32,000 nt of DNA. It comes from Candidatus Saccharimonadota bacterium (GTDB taxonomy: Bacteria > Patescibacteriota > Patescibacteriia > 2-12-FULL-60-25). Positions 9,956-17,734 of this stretch are shown here, in pieces. The stretch is taken from contig JALHOH010000002.1 in assembly GCA_022843095.1 (NCBI GenBank), positions 360,001 to 392,000 of the forward strand, in the 5' to 3' direction. How positions within the stretch are numbered: position 1 is the stretch's first letter; each line of letters starts with the position of its first letter. The translations under genes and the position numbers were made by a program. Below the pieces are notes generated by a model. The model did not search any database and was not told the origin of the DNA. It saw only the letters and a list, made by a program, of their open reading frames with translations.

Positions 9956-11351
9956 CTAACCGCGAAAGATCGACACGACACCGATCCGCCGCGCACCGCA
10001 AACGATCAAGCCGAACATACGTGAGTCCAATGCCGGATTCCCTGCGATACTGCTCGAGTGTTTTTTGGGTCGCGTGTCGGACGAGGCCTTGTGTATACAA
10101 CGGATGGATCGCCACCACCCGCGCACCAAGCGCACACAGCATCCATCCCGTCACAAGTCCGGCGAGGACGACTGCAAGTATCTTCCCTGTTGGTGGTGGA
10201 GGCATGGCCGTTCTCGCTCGCGTCGCCTGATCCAACATCTGCTGCACGCGCTTCGCGATTCCGTCCCACTGATACCGCGCACGCACCAACGCCTGTCCCT
10301 GTTTGATCAGCCGCGCACGCAGCGATGGCGTTTCTTGAATCCGACGAACGGCCGCGGCGATCGACGCTGGATCATTGGGTGCTGCAAACACGCCCGTCTC
10401 TCCATCGGTCAAAAACTCCGGAATCCCCCCGACCGGCGTTCCCACAATCGGAACCCCTGCGGCAAGCGCCTCCAAAAAAGAAATGCCCAACCCTTCGGAA
10501 CGCGAGGCGCGAACAAATACATCCGCCGCGTGCAAAACCGACGGGAGATCGGCTTGCGATACTTCTCCCAGCCAAATCACGCGCGACGCGACACCGAGTT
10601 CCTTCGCAAGCGCCTCCAACATCGGACGATCATCCCCCGATCCTGCCACGACTGCGCGGTACCGTTCCGGTAATACGGCAAGCGCACGAATCAGGTCATC
10701 CACGGCGTTTTTTGTCACCAACCGCGACACGGTGCACACCGCAATCTCATCATCCTTCACCCCCCACGAGGCGCGCATCGCCTGACGATCGACTTCCGCC
10801 ATCGGCTTCGCAAACCGTTCCACGTCGACGCCATTTGGCACTACGTCAGACACCCCACAAAACCCCATGCGCGTTGCCCAGCCTTCCAAAAAACGGCTGA
10901 TCGGCAACAACACATCCGCGCGACGAAACACGCGACGCTGCAAGAATCCAAGCATCCCCAACCGTTTAGCGTAGTGCTCCAGCGGATCGCCTTCTTGGAT
11001 AGACAGCACAAACGGCAGGCGCGGAAACCGTCGCAAAAAAAACAGCGCCGCAAACCCTGCGTAACTCGCCAACATGGACCACACCACCCGCACCGGACGT
11101 GCGCGTGCGATGCGCCACCCCTTCCATGCTCCCAAAAATGGAAAAAGGTACTTATCCCACGATCGTCCGAGCCCCACACGATGCACCATCACGTTTCCGA
11201 TGCGTTCAGTGTCCGACAATCCCGGACGCAACCGCGCGCAAATCAACTCCACCTCCCATCCCTGCAGACGATCCGTGATTTCCCGTATCGCAACCTCTGC
11301 CCCGCCGACAAGCGGTGCATACGCCACGGAAAACACGAGCACGCGCTTCAT
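9912..11351 (-). CDS. glycosyltransferase family 4 with C-terminal transmembrane anchor
   Basis: The N-terminus is [20 protein letters not shown] and the GT4 signature is [35 protein letters not shown]. After a PPPP linker comes a hydrophobic helix ([27 protein letters not shown]) and a tail of about 70 aa. ATG start overlaps the UXS stop as ATGA (11348-11351). Confidence 0.85.
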   Translation of the reverse strand: MKRVLVFSVAYAPLVGGAEVAIREITDRLQGWEVELICARLRPGLSDTERIGNVMVHRVGLGRSWDKYLFPFLGAWKGWRIARARPVRVVWSMLASYAGFAALFFLRRFPRLPFVLSIQEGDPLEHYAKRLGMLGFLQRRVFRRADVLLPISRFLEGWATRMGFCGVSDVVPNGVDVERFAKPMAEVDRQAMRASWGVKDDEIAVCTVSRLVTKNAVDDLIRALAVLPERYRAVVAGSGDDRPMLEALAKELGVASRVIWLGEVSQADLPSVLHAADVFVRASRSEGLGISFLEALAAGVPIVGTPVGGIPEFLTDGETGVFAAPNDPASIAAAVRRIQETPSLRARLIKQGQALVRARYQWDGIAKRVQQMLDQATRARTAMPPPPTGKILAVVLAGLVTGWMLCALGARVVAIHPLYTQGLVRHATQKTLEQYRRESGIGLTYVRLDRLRCAADRCRVDLSRLDGERVVLEYEIPAP

Positions 11352-12292
11352 ACCGCCAGTGTGTGCTTGAAGTAGGCGATGGTTTTTTCAAGCCCCTGCC
11401 GAAGCGGAACGGTTGGCTCCCAGGCAAGTTCTTGCTTGGCGAGTGTGATGTCTGCCTGACGTTGCTTGGGATCATGCGCAACGGGCGGCAAATGAACGAT
11501 TTTAGACGATGATCCCGTCATTTCGATCACGATCTTCGCCAGTTCTCCAATCGTAAACTCCCCAGGATTCCCGATATTTACCGGGCCCGTAAACCCCTCT
11601 TTCTGCATCATTCGCATCATCCCTTCCACCAAGTCATCCACGTACTGAAACGAACGCGTGTACGAACCGTCCCCATACACCGTCAGATCCTCCCCTTTCA
11701 GCGCCTGCAAAATAAAATTGGATACCACACGCCCATCATCCGGCGCCATCCGCGGGCCATAGGTATTGAAGATACGGATCACGCGCACATCCACCCCGTA
11801 TTCACGATGGTAATCAAAACACAGCGTCTCAGCGCAGCGCTTGCCCTCATCGTAACAAGCGCGACGCGACGTCGGATCCACGTTACCCCAATACGTTTCT
11901 TTTTGCGGATGTTCCAGCGGATCGCCGTAGACTTCCGACGTCGAGGCCTGAAAAATCCGGGCACCCGTTGCCTTCGCGAGCTCAAGCATGTGGATCATCC
12001 CCATCACATTTGTCCGCACCGTCGCAACCGGATCATGTTGGTAATGTTTTGGAGACGCCGGACAGGCAAGGTTAAAAATCCAATCCACGGGCATGAAAAA
12101 CGGCTCTTGCACATCGCGGATGAGAAGCGAAAACCGCGGATGCGCCTTCAAGTGCTCCACGTTTGAGACGGATCCCGTAAACAGATTATCCAACACCGTC
12201 ACGGTGTGCCCTTCCGCAAGCAACCGATCACAGAGATGCGACCCCACAAATCCCGCTCCGCCGGTCACAAGAACGCGTTTTGATGCAGACAT
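11348..12292 (-). CDS. uxs: UDP-glucuronate decarboxylase (UDP-xylose synthase)
   Basis: Near full-length match to the UXS family as I know it: [47 protein letters not shown] (YxxxK) and [10 protein letters not shown]. 314 aa, ATG start. Confidence 0.9.
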   Translation of the reverse strand: MSASKRVLVTGGAGFVGSHLCDRLLAEGHTVTVLDNLFTGSVSNVEHLKAHPRFSLLIRDVQEPFFMPVDWIFNLACPASPKHYQHDPVATVRTNVMGMIHMLELAKATGARIFQASTSEVYGDPLEHPQKETYWGNVDPTSRRACYDEGKRCAETLCFDYHREYGVDVRVIRIFNTYGPRMAPDDGRVVSNFILQALKGEDLTVYGDGSYTRSFQYVDDLVEGMMRMMQKEGFTGPVNIGNPGEFTIGELAKIVIEMTGSSSKIVHLPPVAHDPKQRQADITLAKQELAWEPTVPLRQGLEKTIAYFKHTLAV

Positions 12293-12295
12293 ACG

Positions 12296-14143
12296 TTACG
12301 ACAAATCAGTAAGCCACGTGGCCAAAGCATACAGCATCCACAACCGGTTGCCATGGTCTTCCCCGCGATCGTTTCTGGCCAAATACCCCTGCACCCCCTC
12401 CTTGCGGCACACGCGCGCAAGCGGACTCGATGCCGAAAGGCACCGCGCCACAAACGCCTCGCGCAGCGGCCCGCGAAACCACGTCGCAAGCGGCACCTGA
12501 AACCCGCGCTTTGGCCGCGAAAACACCGCATCCGGCACACAACCCCGCATCGCATCGCGCAACAGCGGCTTCACGGAATGCCCGTCGAACACCATCGACG
12601 CCGGCAATCGCGCGACAAATCGCAACACCTCCTGATCCAGAAACGGCGCGCGTGCCTCAAGTCCGTGCGCCATGGTGGCACGATCCATCTTTACATTCAG
12701 ATCATCTGGAAGATAGGAGTCTCGATCAAACAACCACGCACCCTTCACCCCTTCTTGTTCGGCATACCGCTCGACAATGAACTCGGTCGGTGTCGAGGTG
12801 ATTTCGGCCAAAAACTCCGGCGTACACAACGCGGCCTGTTCCGCAGCCGAAAAATAGGATCCCTGAAATAACGCGGCGTATCCCTCTGCCGTCGAACGCC
12901 GAATGCCAGAAAGCGTCTCTGCCATGCGTCCAAAACGCGGATCCCGAAGCACAGCCCCACCTAATCGCGCGACCGGCGCAGCCATTCCGGCAATCGACTT
13001 CCATGCAAGCGCCTGCGCAAAATGACGATAGCGGCGATATCCCGCAAACGCCTCATCTCCCCCATCCCCGGTCAGAACCGCTTTGACATGCTTTTTCGTG
13101 TGCTGTGCCAGCAACCAACTCGGCAACGCAGAAGAATCCGCGTACGGCGCGTCGTAGTGCCGGATGACCGTGTCCGCGATCCCAAGAATCTGTTCCGGCG
13201 TCACCAAAAACGCGTGGTGCGTCGTCCCAAATTGCTTCGCAAGCGCCGCTGCTTCCGCACGTTCATCAAACCGCGGATCCGCAAATCCGATGGTAAAGGT
13301 CTGAAGATGCGAGACGGATTGCGCGGCCAGGGCGACCACGCTCGCGGAATCCACGCCTCCGGACAAGAATGCGCCGACCGGCACATCCGCAATCAACCGC
13401 AACTGGACCGCCTCTTCCAACAATCGCCGAACTTCACGCACCGCCTCTTCTCGGGATCCAGAAAAAACCGGCGTTGTTCCAAAGGTATCGTACGATTCAA
13501 TCGTCAGCGTTCCGTTCTGCAAGAAGGCGCAATGCGCCGGAGGCAACGTCCGAATCCCCTGAAACCCCGTCCACGGAGCCGGGACATACTGAAGCCCCAA
13601 AAAAAGGCGGACCGCTTCAAAGTCCGGCGATGCGGGCGCATCCTGAATTAACGCCTTCAGTTCTGACGCAAAGGTAAACACCCCACGCGCTTCACGATAA
13701 TACAACGGCTTCTTTCCGATTCGATCGCGCGCAAAAAACACAGCACCCGTCTCACGATCATGAATAGCGAAGGCAAACATCCCGCGCAAACGCGGGAGCA
13801 TCGCTTTTCCTTCCCGCGCAAACAGCTGCAGCAACACTTCCGTATCCGACGTCGAACGAAACGTCGCCCCTTGATTCGCAAGCTCCGTACGTAACGCCTG
13901 ATAGTTGTAGATCTCTCCGTTGAAGGTGATGGTATACCGACCCGAAGGATCTTGCATCGGCTGCGCGCCACTTGGATGAAGATCAACTAACGCCAGCCGG
14001 CGATGCGCAAACCCCACGTTCGCGTGACACCAAATCCCTGCGCCTTCCGGTCCACGATGCGCAAGCGCGTCAGCCATGCGACGCAACCGGTCTTCGCGGA
14101 CCGGGACCCCTTCTTTCTGCAAAATCCCTGCAATCCCGCACAT
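12296..14143 (-). CDS. asnB: asparagine synthase (glutamine-hydrolysing) family amidotransferase
   Basis: The Ntn nucleophile is at MCGIAGIL (Cys2) and the PP-loop is FLSGGVDSASV. At 615 aa it is typical of the AsnB family. ATG start at 14143. Confidence 0.9.
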   Translation of the reverse strand: MCGIAGILQKEGVPVREDRLRRMADALAHRGPEGAGIWCHANVGFAHRRLALVDLHPSGAQPMQDPSGRYTITFNGEIYNYQALRTELANQGATFRSTSDTEVLLQLFAREGKAMLPRLRGMFAFAIHDRETGAVFFARDRIGKKPLYYREARGVFTFASELKALIQDAPASPDFEAVRLFLGLQYVPAPWTGFQGIRTLPPAHCAFLQNGTLTIESYDTFGTTPVFSGSREEAVREVRRLLEEAVQLRLIADVPVGAFLSGGVDSASVVALAAQSVSHLQTFTIGFADPRFDERAEAAALAKQFGTTHHAFLVTPEQILGIADTVIRHYDAPYADSSALPSWLLAQHTKKHVKAVLTGDGGDEAFAGYRRYRHFAQALAWKSIAGMAAPVARLGGAVLRDPRFGRMAETLSGIRRSTAEGYAALFQGSYFSAAEQAALCTPEFLAEITSTPTEFIVERYAEQEGVKGAWLFDRDSYLPDDLNVKMDRATMAHGLEARAPFLDQEVLRFVARLPASMVFDGHSVKPLLRDAMRGCVPDAVFSRPKRGFQVPLATWFRGPLREAFVARCLSASSPLARVCRKEGVQGYLARNDRGEDHGNRLWMLYALATWLTDLS

Positions 14144-14193
14144 ATCAAGAGGCGCCTATAGACGCCGTATCCGCTCCATCCTATCCTTTCCCC

Positions 14194-15342
14194 ATGGAAT
14201 CCGCAAAAAAACACGTGGTTTTGGCCGTGACGCTTGCCGAACCCGGAGGTGTCCAGTCATTTTTGCTTGCCTTCGCGGAATGGCTGCGGACGAAGGGGCA
14301 TGACGTCACGATCGTCGCTGGTGACGGGATGTGGCTCTACGCCCAATGCCGTGTGCGCGGGATTCGCACAGTGCAACTTCGCCACCTCAAACGAAACATC
14401 TCTCCCCTGGAAGATCTGCGTGCCATCCGCGAATGCGCACGCGTGTTTGCGGAGCTCAAACCCGACGCCATCCATCTTAACAGCAGCAAAATGGGGGCGA
14501 TTGGGGCCCTCGCCACCGCCCGCATCCATCCAAAACCCCGCACTGTGTACCGCATTGGCGGCTGGGTCTTTTTGGAACCACTATCTGCCTGGAAACGCTG
14601 GCTCTACACCTGGATCGAACGAAAAACGGCGTCCAAGAAAGATGCGATCATCTGCGTTCATCCCGGCGATGCACAGGCGGCCGCGCAGAGAGGGATCACC
14701 CCACGTGAATCCATCGAGGTCGTCCCTAATGGGATTGATCTTCCTACCTTTCGGAGCCAACTGCTGGATCGCGAAACAGCGCGAGCAACGCTCGGAGTAC
14801 CGGCGGATGCGCGCGTATTTGGCACGATTGCGCATTTCTACCCACCCAAAGATCTTCCGCGCTACATGGAGGCTTGCAGCATCGTGGCACGCGCCATCCC
14901 AACAGCACGATTTGTGCTCGTCGGAGACGGGATGGAACGGCCAGCCATCGAAGCAGCGGCGCGCACGCACCAGGTGGATCGTCAGGTCCTGTTTGCCGGG
15001 GCACGCGATCATGCATCGCGTCTCCTTCGCGCGTTTGACACCTTTGTCCTCCCAAGCGCCAAAGAAGGGATGCCTTGGTCGGTCCTGGAAGCCATGGCTG
15101 CCGAAATTCCCTGCGTCGTGACCGACGTCGGCGCAAACCGCTGGATGCTAGAAGATGGCGCCGCTGGATGGATCGTGCTGCCACAGCACCCCGTCGCGCT
15201 TGCAAACGCCATGCAAGAGGCGCTGAACAATGCAGACGCGAGAGCAGAAAAAACGCGCCGGGCGATGCAGATCATCCAGACGCGTTTTCCTTTGGAGCGC
15301 ACGTTCCAAGAGAACGCGCGCATACTACTTGGTCGCCGTTAA
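14194..15342 (+). CDS. glycosyltransferase family 4
   Basis: ATG at 14194 (MESAKKHVVLAVTLAEPGGVQSF) is the first possible start after the divergent asnB start. The track start at 13972 is TTG, antisense inside asnB. The GT4 signature is FVLPSAKEGMPWSVLEAMAAEIPCVVTDVG. Confidence 0.85.
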   Translation: MESAKKHVVLAVTLAEPGGVQSFLLAFAEWLRTKGHDVTIVAGDGMWLYAQCRVRGIRTVQLRHLKRNISPLEDLRAIRECARVFAELKPDAIHLNSSKMGAIGALATARIHPKPRTVYRIGGWVFLEPLSAWKRWLYTWIERKTASKKDAIICVHPGDAQAAAQRGITPRESIEVVPNGIDLPTFRSQLLDRETARATLGVPADARVFGTIAHFYPPKDLPRYMEACSIVARAIPTARFVLVGDGMERPAIEAAARTHQVDRQVLFAGARDHASRLLRAFDTFVLPSAKEGMPWSVLEAMAAEIPCVVTDVGANRWMLEDGAAGWIVLPQHPVALANAMQEALNNADARAEKTRRAMQIIQTRFPLERTFQENARILLGRR

Positions 15343-17648
15343 CGACGCGGACCGCGAGAAGGGGTCGTGGTCGCAACCGGCTTGGTCGTGGACGGAGCCG
15401 GTGGAGTCGCAACCGGAATGGTCGTTGTCGCGGCCCCCGTTTCCTTGAACAGACTGTACGCGCGATGCACATCCGGACGACGGACCGCAGCGAGTTCGAG
15501 TACTTTGTCGCGTACCTCCGGCATGCCGCTTTGCTCAAAGCGTGATGCCGCTTTGACGAAGAAGGCGTCGTCTTCTCCCGCGATTTCTTTGGAGAAGGTT
15601 TTCTCGATCGCCTTCATCGCCTCCTCCTTTGGACGCACGACCGCAGCTTCAACCAGCAAACCAGCCTCTTGCGTGTTTCGCAGTTGGTACGGATACGCGA
15701 CCGTGACCGCCCGCAGCACCTCTGGCGCACCGTCTGCCGGACGCTGCAAATCCGCAAACAAGATCGCCCCCTTAATCCAAATCGGTTCGCCAAGCTCCGG
15801 ATCAAGTGCAATGACCTTGTCGTAAAGATTCATCGCCTCCTCTACCTTGCCAAACCGGAGATACAAGCTCGCCAAGCCGTAGAACACCTGCTGACGTTCC
15901 GGTGACGATTGCATGGCGCGCAGATATTCCTGCTCGGATTGCGCGGCATATTCTGGCTTCACGCGAGACAATTCCTGCAAAAACCGCGCATACAAGAATC
16001 GTGCGTGCGTATCGTTTGGATGGCGTGCAAAGTGTTCCGCATTCAAGGCGAGCGTCAGGTCCACCCAGCGCTGCGGCTGATACAATTTTTCGTACACGCC
16101 GGTCGATAACGCCTGCACCAAATTGCGGGAGTTCAAGAAGGTTTGCTCGTCCAGATAGGGCGTCCACCGCTTATTCGCCTCCTCTGCCCACGCGAGTCCC
16201 TGCTGCGTGCCATATGCCGCATTCGACATGAGCGCAAACTGCGAGGCACGGAACGGGATCACACTCGTGCGCCAGACCAGAACAAGTGCGGCGACGTAAA
16301 GCAGGGTGGCGAAGGTGAGCGGAAACCCGTGACGTTCCCCCTCGGTCGCGGGCGGGGTATTTTTCATGAACCCCTCCGTCGTCGCCGCGATCACCAACGC
16401 AAACAGCAGGTAACTCATGGAAAACCCTGCCGGGTGATCGAACACAAACAGGTTCTGCACAAAATACGCGAGTGGAAGCGCAGCCAAAACCGCCGCAAAC
16501 CGGACATCCAACCACCCGGCACGAAACGCCCGCCACAGCGAATGATACAGAACGGCAAACACGGCGATGAAGGTGATGAGCCCAAACAGTCCGGTCATCG
16601 AAAGGACGTCCATCACCGTGTTGTGTGCTCGATCAAACCACGTTTCATAGGCACCAAACCGCAAGGTCTCCGCAGGATACTTGAGGTTGAAAAGAATGTG
16701 GTAGTTATCAAACCCCCACCCCGTTAGTGGACGTTCTTTGAACCCTTCCCAGGCAATATTCCAGGCGTTTAAACGCGTCGCCACCGTCGCCTTCACATCG
16801 ACGAAACGCGCAAGCACCGACCGCGTCTCGATGAGATAATCGCGCATCGCAAAGAGCGTGCCGTATCCCGCAACAAGCGCAAGCAGCGCTCCTGCCGTCG
16901 CAAACCGCACCTTCTTTTGTTTGCTGAATATACCGACAAACAGGAAAAACGTGATGATCCCAATCGTCAGTCCCACCAATGCCCCACGGGACTGGGCGTT
17001 GATAAATGCCCCGATATCGACAATGGCGATCATCCCGTACCAGAGCCACAATCGGCGTGACTTTGTATGAAGTGCAAGAAGCGCCAAGAAAAACAGGTTA
17101 AAGATCTGATACGCTCCCATGTAAATCGGGTTGTCCAGCAACCCCCCAACGCGCGGACCCTGCACTTCAAACAGCAACAGATTTGGAATGGCGCGCTGCA
17201 AAATCGCAACAATCGCCATGAATCCGGACAAGACGACCTGATAATTCAACAAGCGCTTCCAATCATCCCATGTCTTTAAAAGCGATGTGGTCATCGTCAA
17301 CCACGCGAAAAAATGGAGCAATGTAAACAACCCGTTCATGCGCTCTTGGTTTCCCCACCAGGCTCGATAGGGATCTACGGCAAAGGCAACAGAGGTCGCG
17401 ATCGCCACAAAATATGCAAAGATCGCAAAATACAACCGGTGACCGCGCGGACGCATCTCTGGCTCCATCCACGCAAGCAGGAGATATGCCGGGAACGTTA
17501 CCCCAATCAACACCTGAAAGGCGATGAGCTTGGAAAAGACGAACGGAAAAATGACCGTCGGAATAAACACGAGTGGCATGAGCAGACCGCCGTACACCCC
17601 GACATACGTCAGTGCGCGTAGCACCTGGACACTGGTAGAACGATTCAT
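15339..17648 (-). CDS. Wzy_C-type (O-antigen ligase-like) polytopic membrane protein fused to C-terminal TPR repeats
   Basis: About 12 hydrophobic helices. Family-typical motifs are NAQSRGALVGL, RPLTGWGFDNYHILF and RAHNTVMDVLSMTGLFG. The C-terminal ~300 aa are helical-repeat/TPR-like (FYGLASLYLRFGKVEEAMNLYDKVIALDP) and end in a Thr/Pro-rich tail. The track start at 17690 is TTG; ATG at 17648 (MNRSTS) is preferred, and either is possible. Confidence 0.8.
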   Translation of the reverse strand: MNRSTSVQVLRALTYVGVYGGLLMPLVFIPTVIFPFVFSKLIAFQVLIGVTFPAYLLLAWMEPEMRPRGHRLYFAIFAYFVAIATSVAFAVDPYRAWWGNQERMNGLFTLLHFFAWLTMTTSLLKTWDDWKRLLNYQVVLSGFMAIVAILQRAIPNLLLFEVQGPRVGGLLDNPIYMGAYQIFNLFFLALLALHTKSRRLWLWYGMIAIVDIGAFINAQSRGALVGLTIGIITFFLFVGIFSKQKKVRFATAGALLALVAGYGTLFAMRDYLIETRSVLARFVDVKATVATRLNAWNIAWEGFKERPLTGWGFDNYHILFNLKYPAETLRFGAYETWFDRAHNTVMDVLSMTGLFGLITFIAVFAVLYHSLWRAFRAGWLDVRFAAVLAALPLAYFVQNLFVFDHPAGFSMSYLLFALVIAATTEGFMKNTPPATEGERHGFPLTFATLLYVAALVLVWRTSVIPFRASQFALMSNAAYGTQQGLAWAEEANKRWTPYLDEQTFLNSRNLVQALSTGVYEKLYQPQRWVDLTLALNAEHFARHPNDTHARFLYARFLQELSRVKPEYAAQSEQEYLRAMQSSPERQQVFYGLASLYLRFGKVEEAMNLYDKVIALDPELGEPIWIKGAILFADLQRPADGAPEVLRAVTVAYPYQLRNTQEAGLLVEAAVVRPKEEAMKAIEKTFSKEIAGEDDAFFVKAASRFEQSGMPEVRDKVLELAAVRRPDVHRAYSLFKETGAATTTIPVATPPAPSTTKPVATTTPSRGPRR

Positions 17649-17693
17649 AGATCTGCGTCGAAGGGTAACACGCGACCACGGCTGAGACAAAAC

Positions 17694-17717
17694 AAAACAG
17701 CCCCGGAGGGCTGTTTT
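17694..17717 (-). terminator. rho-independent terminator after the 1314-aa gene
   Basis: Perfect inverted repeat aaaacagccc / gggctgtttt (17694-17703 and 17708-17717) around the loop cgga. On the minus transcript the stem is followed by UUUUGUUUUG. It begins 18 nt after the TAA at 17735-17737. Confidence 0.75.
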
Positions 17718-17734
17718 GCTGTTTCCGCGCCGGA

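Noticed and set aside
14144-14193. Divergent promoter or operator in the 50-bp asnB / GT4 intergenic region (GGCG-cctataga-CGCC with a central TATAG)
   Set aside because: Only a 4-bp stem and a lone TATAGA-like hexamer are present, with no convincing -35 on either strand. That is insufficient to call a feature.
977-16727. Other long antisense ORFs in the track (for example 977-1687, 1712-2755, 3097-3900, 4848-5516, 8283-8702, 8744-9439, 9297-9959, 10065-10673, 13022-13651, 14234-15121, 16143-16727)
   Set aside because: Each lies wholly inside a gene with strong family motifs on the other strand or frame. Their translations are Arg/Pro/His/Ser-rich with no recognisable motifs. This is typical of GC-rich shadow ORFs.
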